Made by a program: the position numbers and the translations under genes. A stretch of DNA of 64,000 nucleotides from a virus: IMG/VR virus record IMGVR_UViG_3300020420_001038, positions 22,866 to 86,865 of that record. One strand, written 5' to 3'. The notes below the pieces were generated by a model. The model saw only the letters and a program-made list of their open reading frames with translations. It made no database searches and was not told where the DNA came from. How positions within the stretch are numbered: position 1 is the stretch's first letter; each line of letters begins with the position of its first letter. Shown here piece after piece: positions 39,479 to 48,282 of the stretch.

Positions 39479-40330
39479 TTATCCCAATGCAATGGCCAAT
39501 GCCGTTGCTTTGCTTTTACTTATCAGTTCTCCTACAGCGCCAGAGCCAATGTTAGAGTTCCTAAAATACAATCCTGTACCACCGCCTCCTGCTGTTTTGT
39601 TATAAACTTTTGTTTGTGTTGTTGCCGCTGGATCCGAGGCCATTGCGGAAAATGTCAATATATCATTGATCACAATGTGCCCTGTACCGTTTGCTTTTAA
39701 TTCTAAATTACCATTTGAGGCATCTGATGTGATTGATGTAATGCCTGTCAAATCATTATTCAAATTGAATGTTATTGAATCTGCCCCAACCACAGTGGTG
39801 TTAGATATATTTGAACCACCAAGTAGTTGTAAAGTGTCTGATGAACCACCTATTGAAACAACAGAAGAATCATCTCCTGCTATTTGAACTGTTGATGCCG
39901 CTGTGTTGTCCACATAAGTTTTTGTTGCCGCATCCGAACCATTAGTAGGTTCTGCAATTCTTATGTTTGCTAATGCTGTGTCTGTGATTGCATTACCAGA
40001 ACCATCTGATGTTGTTGCGACTGCTTTGAAAACATTATCACCCTCGTTCCAATAAAAAGCAACATTGTTGCCTGCTTGATATCCTGATTGTCCTGATCTA
40101 TTGATCATTATACCTGCATCAACGTCTGCACCTGAATTATTTCTTGCTAAAATTATTTGTGCGTCTTCTACCGATAGAGTTGCAGTGTTTAAAGTTGTGT
40201 TTGTACCATCAACTACAAAATCTCCCATTACTCTGAGAGTTTTAGAGTCTACAAATACGGTGTTTGAACCACTCGCACCTGTGCCCGTTTTAATTGTATA
40301 ATCTCCTGAAGTACGTAAATGCTTTGCCAT
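39479..40330 (-). CDS. virion structural protein
   Basis: LSVEDAQIIL module and DAATKTYVD motif shared with neighbours. Confidence 0.75.
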   Translation of the reverse strand: MAKHLRTSGDYTIKTGTGASGSNTVFVDSKTLRVMGDFVVDGTNTTLNTATLSVEDAQIILARNNSGADVDAGIMINRSGQSGYQAGNNVAFYWNEGDNVFKAVATTSDGSGNAITDTALANIRIAEPTNGSDAATKTYVDNTAASTVQIAGDDSSVVSIGGSSDTLQLLGGSNISNTTVVGADSITFNLNNDLTGITSITSDASNGNLELKANGTGHIVINDILTFSAMASDPAATTQTKVYNKTAGGGGTGLYFRNSNIGSGAVGELISKSKATALAIALG

Positions 40331-40350
40331 TTGCTATTATTTATGTAAAG

Positions 40351-40377
40351 AATAGGGGAGCATTGAACTCCCCTATT
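40351..40377 (-). terminator. hairpin/terminator
   Basis: 10-bp AATAGGGGAG/CTCCCCTATT stem between genes. Confidence 0.6.
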
Positions 40378-40397
40378 ATAAGCACGTGTCGAGTTGA

Positions 40398-40814
40398 TTA
40401 CTCAGATACGATATCTATGTTACCTTTACCTGACGCAATTGAACCTTGGATGTCAGTTCCTAATGAATAAGGTACTGATCCTGTGGCACCGCCTGCAGTC
40501 ACGTAGTGTACTGTGTTGTTGAAAAATTTCTCAACATAAGCAACAGTTGAATCGTCTAATGTAATTTGTACACAGAACTGGTTTGATGTGTTCGCAAGTG
40601 ATCCTGGTGCTACTGCTTTTAATTCGTAAACTGCTTCTGTAGAATCATCCAAGTGTATTTTGAATAACTTAGATCCTCTTTGTGAAACAATGTACGCAGT
40701 AGTTGAATCAACTTTTGCACCACCAGTTGGTCTGTAAGCCGTCACCGCAATTTTACCTGCTGTTGAGGCACCAAAGTCTGATACAAATCTATCTTTTCTT
40801 ATTGGTCTTCCCAT
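40398..40814 (-). CDS. hypothetical structural protein
   Basis: 138 aa; AGGAG SD; late promoter and structured leader upstream. Confidence 0.75.
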   Translation of the reverse strand: MGRPIRKDRFVSDFGASTAGKIAVTAYRPTGGAKVDSTTAYIVSQRGSKLFKIHLDDSTEAVYELKAVAPGSLANTSNQFCVQITLDDSTVAYVEKFFNNTVHYVTAGGATGSVPYSLGTDIQGSIASGKGNIDIVSE

Positions 40815-40830
40815 TTTTTTTCTCCTGTTT

Positions 40831-40902
40831 CAGAGCCTAATGTGAGTTCTACTCACTACGCGGTTTATTCCGCATAAGTCCGCACTTGGTTGTGCGGCTC
40901 TG
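40831..40902 (-). ncRNA. candidate structured leader RNA (four-way junction)
   Basis: CAGAGC/GCUCUG closes three hairpins (CGCAC/GUGCG, UAUGCGG/CCGCGUA, GUGAG/CUCAC), between ATAAATA and the SD. Confidence 0.55.
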
Positions 40903-40997
40903 TTTGACTGTACGTATTTATGATTTTGTGAGATGTTTAATGTGTTGCTACAAAGGCCGATTCAAAAAAACTACAATGTCGGCCTTGTATGAAATTA

Positions 40998-41108
40998 TTA
41001 ACCTTGAACTTCAGGTGCAGGTTGTCCAGACCATACTGCCCATCCAATCGCAATGACTACAATGGCAATACCTATCCAAACTTTTTTGCTTTTAAAAAAA
41101 TTTTTCAT
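40998..41108 (-). CDS. 36 aa single-TM peptide
   Basis: Below the track cutoff: MKNFFKSKKVWIGIAIVVIAIGWAVWSGQPAPEVQG, with AGGAG SD and ATAAATA upstream. Confidence 0.7.
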   Translation of the reverse strand: MKNFFKSKKVWIGIAIVVIAIGWAVWSGQPAPEVQG

Positions 41109-41201
41109 AATTTGTCTCCTATACTATATTTATTTTAATAAGAGTGGTGTAAGATCGATGGCTCACACCACTCCGAGGTTTATGTATTACTAGATTTTAG
41201 A

Positions 41202-41435
41202 TTATTTTCTATTATAGATATGATATAAAATCCAAACTGCTACCAACCCAATCAGACCTTGATCTGAAAAGCCTTGCAGTACGCCCTGGACGTTTCCTAT
41301 TACAGAAACGTTTGGCCAGAACGGAATACCTTGACCGTTGAAAAGGATTTCTAAAACAATTCCTAACGCAATTAAACTTACTCCTACGTCAGCAATTCCT
41401 TTTGCCCATCCTTTTATCTTGTTAAGATAATCCAT
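41202..41435 (-). CDS. small two-TM membrane protein
   Basis: 77 aa with two hydrophobic segments; GGAGG SD. Confidence 0.75.
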   Translation of the reverse strand: MDYLNKIKGWAKGIADVGVSLIALGIVLEILFNGQGIPFWPNVSVIGNVQGVLQGFSDQGLIGLVAVWILYHIYNRK

Positions 41436-41582
41436 GTTGGACCTCCCTTGATTAAAAGTTTCTTTCGAAACTCGAATTTATTTAGGTCCATGATTTCCAG
41501 ATTATAATGTCACATTTGGTCTGTGGCACCTATGACTGTGAAAATAATTCTTTAAGTGTGTGTATAAAGAAAGTTCAGCCAC

Positions 41583-41613
41583 AAAAAAAAGGGCGACCGA
41601 AGCCGCCCTTTTT
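41583..41613 (-). terminator. intrinsic terminator after the major capsid gene
   Basis: AAAAAGGGCG..CGCCCTTTTT hairpin with U-tract; near copy of the terminator at 29224. Confidence 0.85.
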
Positions 41614-41634
41614 GAAATAAAAATAAGCCTTGGC

Positions 41635-42807
41635 TTACTTGAATTTTAAGTTACCTGATGTTACTCCTACTAATCCAACGTAGTCAGCCGCGTTACCAAG
41701 AGATGATGCAGTGTTTGTTAACTCTACATAACCATATCTTGTTAAGAAGCCTACTACTGGTTCGAATGTAGCCGGATCTAATACAACACCTGAAGACATT
41801 AATGGAATGTAAGGACAGTAGAACGCTGGTGCGTCTGCTTCACTTGATCCTTTGTATCCAACTAGTACTGCTGTACTATCTTCTGCGTATGCGTCAACGT
41901 ATACTCTCATAGAAGCATTTAACGTACCAACAAATTTTGTGTTAGTAGGTGCTTCGAAAGTACCTTCAGTTGATCTTGCGAACGCTGATGTTGTTGCAGA
42001 TTGAAGAACTGTTAAAGCAGTTGGTGATACTACTGCGTAGTTACCAGCGCCTCTTCTTGTTCTTGTTGCGATATTGTTTGCAACTCTGTTGATTAACACA
42101 GCCAAAGCCGCGTGTTCATCACCAACGAATGTTGCAGTACCAGATACAGCCGCTTGGTCAAAAGTTTCTTGAGCGGAACCCGCCAATGTTCTTAAAGAAC
42201 CAATGATCTCTTGATCGATCTCAGCAGTAATCTCTTGTGCTAATGCCGCCATGATTTCTGCTTCTACGTCTATACCTTGTTGTGCTTGTGCATCTTGAGC
42301 CGCTTCAAAAGTCCATCTAGCACTTAATTTTCTAGATTTCGCTTCAACCGGTTGTTTCAAGATTTGGATAGACATTCTCTTACCAGGCTCACCTTCTAGT
42401 GACGCCGTTGACGCACCTTTTGGTGTTGTGTTGTTCTGGTTACCTGAGTATGCTTTCGCAATTTTGAATGGAGATAACGCTTCTTCACCAGCAACTGTGT
42501 TAGATGCTACTGTGTCTGCATATCTTATTCTTAGTGTGTGGATCTGTCCAACCGGACCAGTCATTGGTTGTACACCAACGATCTCGTTCGCTATAACAGT
42601 AGGCATAACCCTACGTATTACTGGAAGGATCACTCTGTTTAACGTAGCAACGTTACCTGCAGATGTGGCACCAGCAGTTGACTGCTCAGCCAAGTATCTT
42701 TTTGTGTTTTCCAACACAACATCCATAGTTTTTTTCTTGTTGCCTGCTAAACCTTCAGTTAGAGCGGTTTTAGTTTCGCTCCATTTTGATTCAAATATCT
42801 CTGACAT
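41635..42807 (-). CDS. major capsid protein (gp23-like)
   Basis: IRRVMP..IA.EIVGVQPMTGPVGQI, AKSRKLSARWT.E.AQD, EITAEIDQE, YCPYIPL, TRYG. Confidence 0.97.
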   Translation of the reverse strand: MSEIFESKWSETKTALTEGLAGNKKKTMDVVLENTKRYLAEQSTAGATSAGNVATLNRVILPVIRRVMPTVIANEIVGVQPMTGPVGQIHTLRIRYADTVASNTVAGEEALSPFKIAKAYSGNQNNTTPKGASTASLEGEPGKRMSIQILKQPVEAKSRKLSARWTFEAAQDAQAQQGIDVEAEIMAALAQEITAEIDQEIIGSLRTLAGSAQETFDQAAVSGTATFVGDEHAALAVLINRVANNIATRTRRGAGNYAVVSPTALTVLQSATTSAFARSTEGTFEAPTNTKFVGTLNASMRVYVDAYAEDSTAVLVGYKGSSEADAPAFYCPYIPLMSSGVVLDPATFEPVVGFLTRYGYVELTNTASSLGNAADYVGLVGVTSGNLKFK

Positions 42808-42833
42808 TTCAATCTTCCCCTTTAGTTTATTAA

Positions 42834-43904
42834 TTATATACCCGCCAACTTACGAATATCTGTTAAATCAGCATCTTCTCTCACTTCTCTGTCACCCGCT
42901 GATTCTGTAATAACTTTCGTTTCTTTTACAGAAGCAATTGGCTTGTCTGCCATTACGTGAGGTAGATACTTGTCAAATGAAGTCTGCAACTTGCTAGTTT
43001 GTACACTTTCAAGTAGTTGTGCCATTACTTCACTCTTTTCTTTGCCCAATGGTTTGAGCATCTCAGCCATCTTTTCCTTGCGTTCCATCAAGTCCGCTTG
43101 TCTTTTCGCTTCCGCTTCTTTGGACTCAATCACCGCTTGTTTCTCTTCGACAGCCTTCTCAGCGTCTTTTAATTTAAGTGTAGTTTCATCTACAACTTTC
43201 ATTAACTTCGAAGTTTCCGATTTCTCATTTAAGTAAGAATTCGTGTACTCAGAAGCAAACGCCTCGAATATTTTCTTACCAAAGTTGATTTCTCTTGCCG
43301 CTGTAATGTCTTCTTTCAACTGTGCTAATTCCTCAGCAAGTTTTTTGTTTACAGCAGTCTCTACAACTTTAGCAGATCTTGTAATGAAAGCCTCTTTCAT
43401 CTTAGCCATTTGTTTTTTGGCTTCGGCTACTAGTTTGACTTTCGTTTCCACAACGCCTTTTTTGTCTTCATGGAACTCTTTAATTTCTTTTGCAAGAGCA
43501 TTTACTACGAACTCCTCCATTTTCTTAAAGTTTTCATGAACACCTTTTCTGTCGCTGTGTAGTTCTTTTAACTCTTCTGATAATTTAGAAAGTATAAACG
43601 ATTCTAATTTAGCAGAATGAGTGCCTACGTTTTCTTTGTAAGCAATTTTTTCTTGTGCAAGTGCTTTTCTATCTTCAACAAACTTTGAAATCTCTTCAGA
43701 TAATTTCTCAGTCATCATTTTGTCGATAGCCTCGATCATGTTTGCTTTGTCGTGTTCGTATCTTTTTGCAAACTCTTCTCTTAACTCTGCACCTACAGTT
43801 TCTTTGTTTTCTTTTATCTTGCTATCCCAAGCATCAGCGATTGCCTTTTGAGTATCTTCTGATATTGCTCCAGATTCAACAAGTTTTGATATTGCATCTA
43901 TCAT
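42834..43904 (-). CDS. prohead core scaffold protein (gp22-like)
   Basis: Long E/K-rich coiled coil between the protease and MCP genes. Confidence 0.85.
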   Translation of the reverse strand: MIDAISKLVESGAISEDTQKAIADAWDSKIKENKETVGAELREEFAKRYEHDKANMIEAIDKMMTEKLSEEISKFVEDRKALAQEKIAYKENVGTHSAKLESFILSKLSEELKELHSDRKGVHENFKKMEEFVVNALAKEIKEFHEDKKGVVETKVKLVAEAKKQMAKMKEAFITRSAKVVETAVNKKLAEELAQLKEDITAAREINFGKKIFEAFASEYTNSYLNEKSETSKLMKVVDETTLKLKDAEKAVEEKQAVIESKEAEAKRQADLMERKEKMAEMLKPLGKEKSEVMAQLLESVQTSKLQTSFDKYLPHVMADKPIASVKETKVITESAGDREVREDADLTDIRKLAGI

Positions 43905-43906
43905 GG

Positions 43907-44536
43907 TTATTTTAGATCCTTTATTATGTTGGTTAGTGCCTCTTTGAGGTATTTTTGTGCTTTTGCATCATTTCTAACTTCTTGCGCCAGACCTTTTGCC
44001 ATGTTACCACCCTTTGTGTTCATCAGGTGTTCGTAAATTGGCGTTGGGTAAGCACCCGGTGCCGAAGGTTGGGCCACAACATCAACTGTGATGATCTCAA
44101 AGTCTGAAACTTCACCGCTTCCGTACTCGGAAATGTTACCACTTCCTCTACTTGAAACGCCTAGTTTCACACCTGATTCCAACATAGTTTTGACAAGTTG
44201 ACCCATCGGTGTTGGTAAAATTTTCATCTTACCGTATCCATTTGGACCGTCCATCCACATCTCAGTTATCATGTGAGACACTCGGTCCAAATTAATCTTT
44301 AAATCGTCTGGATGATCTACTTCTCCTAGAACACTGTAACCTGAACCGATCTGATCATTAAGAGTTTTTACTGCTTTTCCAATTTCGTTCACTGGGTAAA
44401 CTCTTTGGTTAGCATTCTTAATGCCTCCTTGAATACAGATTCCCTTCATGTACAAATCCTTACCATGCTCGCCTTCGTGTAAGATCTGCACTCTGGCCTG
44501 ATCGTATGTTAGGTGTTCTCTTAGATATAGTGACAT
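43907..44536 (-). CDS. prohead protease (gp21-like)
   Basis: NANQRVYP, LGEVDHP, LGVSSRGSG, DVVAQPSAPGAY. Confidence 0.95.
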   Translation of the reverse strand: MSLYLREHLTYDQARVQILHEGEHGKDLYMKGICIQGGIKNANQRVYPVNEIGKAVKTLNDQIGSGYSVLGEVDHPDDLKINLDRVSHMITEMWMDGPNGYGKMKILPTPMGQLVKTMLESGVKLGVSSRGSGNISEYGSGEVSDFEIITVDVVAQPSAPGAYPTPIYEHLMNTKGGNMAKGLAQEVRNDAKAQKYLKEALTNIIKDLK

Positions 44537-44557
44537 CTAGACTCTCCTGTTTTCCAA

Positions 44558-45553
44558 TTACGCTTTTGCGTTAACTGGAGATTTAGCAGATTTATCTGAA
44601 TGATCAGCGGTATCAGCCTTTTCATTTTTCTTGAATGAACCTGACTTGTCTTTTCCGCCTGTATTCTCAAAATCACCACTCATTTTTTGTGCAGTTGGTG
44701 CCGGTCTGCCTGTTTCATCAGCGCCACCTTTTGCAATATTATGAGTTCCGCCACCCATGCTCTTTACTTTAGAGTTAACAGGTGAACCTTTGCTGTCTGC
44801 CTTGTCTGAGTTATCTGCAGATTTTTGGATTTTGTACTCATCCATTTTCTCTTTTTTCATATCTGCTTTTTTACCTTCAACTGGCATTTCTACAGGAGCC
44901 TCAATAGGTGCGTCTAATGACTCGTCTTTATCTTCTTCGCCGTTGTCATCATCTTTTTTATCACCCATCATTGCTTCGAATTCTGCTTTTAGTTCGTCTA
45001 AAGCGTCTTCCAAGTCAACTACTCTGTCTTCCATGTCTTCTTCGCCTTTGTCACCGTCCATGTCCATGTCTTTACCCATGTCATCAGCGGCTTTTGGGCC
45101 TTCACCTTCATCATCAGCAGAAATGTCTTTGATTAATTCATCAGTAGCATCGCCACCAACTTCTTCAATTGACTCTTCTTCTGTGTTTTCTGGTTTTACT
45201 GGAGTTTCAGATTCCGTTGCTTCGTCTTCGATTTCAACAACTTCGTCAACTTTTTCGTCTTCTTTAGATTCTTCTGAAGTTTCTTTTACTTCTTCGTCTT
45301 TAGTTTCCTCAGTAGTTTCTTCTACTGCTTCTTCTTTAGACTCTTCTGAAGTTTCAGACACTTCATTTTCTTTCATGTCTTTTTTATCTTTATCTTTCTT
45401 GTCATGCATCGCTTCAGTAGTAGTTTCTGAATCTGCAAGACCTTCGTAGATATCTCTAGATTTTTCTACAACGATTTCATGAAATAAAGACTCTGCTTTA
45501 TCTGTCTCTTCGTTGATTAGAAGTTCTAGTAATTGCTCAAATTTATTAGTCAT
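44558..45553 (-). CDS. highly acidic prohead core-like protein
   Basis: Very E/D-rich; position upstream of gp21 analogous to T4 gp67/gp68. Confidence 0.65.
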   Translation of the reverse strand: MTNKFEQLLELLINEETDKAESLFHEIVVEKSRDIYEGLADSETTTEAMHDKKDKDKKDMKENEVSETSEESKEEAVEETTEETKDEEVKETSEESKEDEKVDEVVEIEDEATESETPVKPENTEEESIEEVGGDATDELIKDISADDEGEGPKAADDMGKDMDMDGDKGEEDMEDRVVDLEDALDELKAEFEAMMGDKKDDDNGEEDKDESLDAPIEAPVEMPVEGKKADMKKEKMDEYKIQKSADNSDKADSKGSPVNSKVKSMGGGTHNIAKGGADETGRPAPTAQKMSGDFENTGGKDKSGSFKKNEKADTADHSDKSAKSPVNAKA

Positions 45554-45654
45554 ATTACACGTGCTCCTTTATTGATGCGATTTGTACTTATAAGCAGTAT
45601 TATTTAAGATAAAAATGTAAAAACGGCGGTATTAGTGGTGTAAAAATGGTCCTT

Positions 45655-46284
45655 TTAGGTGTATTTTACAGTGAGACCAAACTTTGATAAAAAATCTTCA
45701 GTATCCATGTGTGTCAGGTTATCGTTCCAGTCAAGGTCTTTGGGTCTAAACCAACCGTTCGGCGTTATTCTGTAGAATTGTGTGTCTTTGAAATCTTGTA
45801 GGCAACGTTTTGTCTGATTCATCCAGTTTCCATAGAAAGTTGCCTCGTCCTTGCTACGTTTATAGTTCCTTGTGTCTTTGAAAACATTGTTGAATTTGTG
45901 CCTGTTTGCCTTTTGTGCATCTGTGTGTCCTTGATAATCAAATCCTAATATATAAATGTCCGTGAATTTACGTTCACAAGCCATTCTTAATGCAGTTGGA
46001 CCGCTTGACCAACCCAAACTTGGTTGGAACCATTGCACATGGTTTTTGATTGCTTCATGTTTTTCGTATTGTGCATTGTAATTTGACCATACTTGGTGTG
46101 TCTTGATATACTCTGATTCTGCTATTTCAAGCACCATCTTGGGATCAACAGCAATTAAAAAGTCGGGTTGTTCAGATCTATACACCCCATTACAGGCAAA
46201 AACGGTACCATGTTTTTTGAGATCTTCGATTTTTATGCCCTTTCGGGATTCTCCGTTACCGAGTACGAATGCTGTTGTTGACAT
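45655..46284 (-). CDS. Rossmann-like protein of the Maf/MptE/GT42-like group
   Basis: AFVLGNGESR, FACN, PDFLIAVD, GWSSGPTA, IYILGFD. Confidence 0.6.
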   Translation of the reverse strand: MSTTAFVLGNGESRKGIKIEDLKKHGTVFACNGVYRSEQPDFLIAVDPKMVLEIAESEYIKTHQVWSNYNAQYEKHEAIKNHVQWFQPSLGWSSGPTALRMACERKFTDIYILGFDYQGHTDAQKANRHKFNNVFKDTRNYKRSKDEATFYGNWMNQTKRCLQDFKDTQFYRITPNGWFRPKDLDWNDNLTHMDTEDFLSKFGLTVKYT

Positions 46285-46526
46285 TATACTTCTAAGTTAT
46301 CGTCTTGGACCGGGGTTCCGTACATCTTTTGAACAAATACGGCTTCTTCTTTCTGCTGTGCTTCGTGTTGTTCCGAAGCAAGTCTCATAGAATTGATATC
46401 TTTGAGTGTTAATCTAGTTTTTCGTGTGTCATCCTTATCCAATATCGAAATATCCTGCTCGGCGTCATAGGATTTGTCCTGTTCAAAGCCGTTTTCGCTA
46501 TATTGAAAGAATTCCATTAGTTTCAT
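46284..46526 (-). CDS. small hypothetical protein
   Basis: Probable start MKLMEFF at 46526, 5 nt after TAAATA; DTRKTRLTL motif. Confidence 0.7.
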   Translation of the reverse strand: MKLMEFFQYSENGFEQDKSYDAEQDISILDKDDTRKTRLTLKDINSMRLASEQHEAQQKEEAVFVQKMYGTPVQDDNLEV

Positions 46527-46539
46527 AATCGTATTTAAC

Positions 46540-48276
46540 CTAAACCTGGCCACCTCCACCGGTTCCTCCAGGTGTTGTTCCACCACCTCCTGGTGTCTGA
46601 CCAGGCTGTCCTGGCTGTGGTGTTTCCGGATTTGGTGCCTCTGGGTCTGCTGTTGGCTCAGTAAACTGATCCAAATCACTTGTGATGCCTGCCTGTGTAA
46701 CTCCGCCTGAACGTAATTGTCCGGATTTTGTTTTCTTCGCTTGTGGAATATTGTTTTCTTCTGCCCAAAGGTCGGCATTTCTTGCCATTTCTTCCTCAGT
46801 AAGTCCGAGATATCTTTTTAAAGCGAATCTCTTACTCATGTAAGGAAGTTCTGCTACCTGTGAGAATGATTGTATTCTTGTTTGGTCCATTTCTGTCTGT
46901 CTGTACTGTGCAAAGTTTTGTGGTGGATTTAGTTTTAGTTCAAACATACCACTATCGATGTTGTAACCTTTAGATTTGATCCATAATTTGAACTCTTCGT
47001 CGAATGTTGGGTTCAACATACTTTGTAATCTTGCACAATATTTGTTGAATCTTAATTCTTGAATGTAAGCAGTACCTACCCTACCATCATTATACTGTTG
47101 TTGCGAATCATCTGGTCCTGTTGGCAAGTATGAACTTGGTATTCTCAAACCTCTGAACAGTTTGTTTGTAAAGAATTTAAGGTCATCAATCTCACCCAGG
47201 TTGGTTCCACCCGGTAGTGTGTCAACTTTAGACCCTCTTCCTTCTGCTGTTTGCGGAAAGAAGTAATCCTCATTAATACTCATTGGATTATATGTAGCAT
47301 CAATATAGTTGACACCACCTGATGTGCTTGGAATTCTTCTTTGATTAATTTCGTTTTTGACTCTCTCAACGAACTGCATAGCCAAGTGTGTTGGCATATT
47401 ACCCACGTCGATGTAAAATACTCTTCTTTCAGGTGCTCTCTGTACCCTGTAGATGATAATTGCGTCTTCTAATAATTCTTTTTGTTTGTAAACTTTGAAA
47501 ACTTGTTCTAATACCGACTGTCCAAACGGAAATAAGTTGTCTAAACCATCTGACATACTCATATGCACCACGTGTTCTGCATTGATGTTGTATGCATTCA
47601 TTGTTTTGTAAAATCTACCGCCTGCATTTCCTTGTGCGAAGCCAGACATGTTGGTTCCCGAACCACCACTTGCATAACTTTGACCATAAGCCGCGGTTCC
47701 GCCGCCTGTTGTTCCACCTCCACCGTATGTTTGGTTGGGTGTTATCTGTGTTGCACTCAATCTTTGTAGGTTTGGATTAATATCTCTTATCACATACTGT
47801 TCAGGCTTCTTGCCTTCTGATTCATTGACAACAATTCTATCAACTTTTGCATTGTCAACATACAACCACTTGTATGTTTCAGGATCTCTCACGAAGAAAC
47901 AATCTCCGTATTTCAATGCATTCCTGAATATTCTAAAAATTCTTTTTGTTAGTTTATTAGACTTGGTCCATTGTTGCAGTGCCTTCTTTAAAAGTTTGAC
48001 TTCGTGCTCTGTGGTTTCGTCTTTGAATAAAATATCAAATGGTGTTTCGTTCTCTGTGTTTAATTGTGTTGAAAATTCTGCTAGTATATCAAGTGCCGCA
48101 TTTATTTCAGAGTCCGAATCCATTTGGTCATATTGAAAATATCTTTGTATCCTGTTTGGGTGTCCTGTGTAAACATCCGGAAGATACGAACTGTAATTTC
48201 TTTTTGCAAAGTTAGGCACTTTTTCGCCGGATATCGGAGAAAGATTAGCGTCTTTAAAATATTTTTTCCAAGCCAT
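46540..48276 (-). CDS. portal protein (gp20-like)
   Basis: LLEDAIIIYRVQRAPERRVFYIDVGNMP, EDYFFP, GRGSKVDTLPGG.NLGEIDD, ELRFNKY. Confidence 0.97.
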   Translation of the reverse strand: MAWKKYFKDANLSPISGEKVPNFAKRNYSSYLPDVYTGHPNRIQRYFQYDQMDSDSEINAALDILAEFSTQLNTENETPFDILFKDETTEHEVKLLKKALQQWTKSNKLTKRIFRIFRNALKYGDCFFVRDPETYKWLYVDNAKVDRIVVNESEGKKPEQYVIRDINPNLQRLSATQITPNQTYGGGGTTGGGTAAYGQSYASGGSGTNMSGFAQGNAGGRFYKTMNAYNINAEHVVHMSMSDGLDNLFPFGQSVLEQVFKVYKQKELLEDAIIIYRVQRAPERRVFYIDVGNMPTHLAMQFVERVKNEINQRRIPSTSGGVNYIDATYNPMSINEDYFFPQTAEGRGSKVDTLPGGTNLGEIDDLKFFTNKLFRGLRIPSSYLPTGPDDSQQQYNDGRVGTAYIQELRFNKYCARLQSMLNPTFDEEFKLWIKSKGYNIDSGMFELKLNPPQNFAQYRQTEMDQTRIQSFSQVAELPYMSKRFALKRYLGLTEEEMARNADLWAEENNIPQAKKTKSGQLRSGGVTQAGITSDLDQFTEPTADPEAPNPETPQPGQPGQTPGGGGTTPGGTGGGGQV

Positions 48277-48282
48277 ACTTTA

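Noticed and set aside
40831-40902. tRNA gene
   Set aside because: Cloverleaf-like, but lacks the GTTC T-loop, conserved D-loop, 7 nt anticodon loop and CCA
44757-45449. Long antisense ORFs (e.g. 44757..45449, 49823..50437, 42428..42910, 11368..11796)
   Set aside because: Ser/Phe/Leu-rich shadows of biased codons in well-supported genes on the opposite strand
46527-46778. Long overlap of ORF 46284..46778 with the portal gene
   Set aside because: The true start is probably ATG 46526 after TAAATA; the extension is an alternate frame of the portal's Gly/Pro tail
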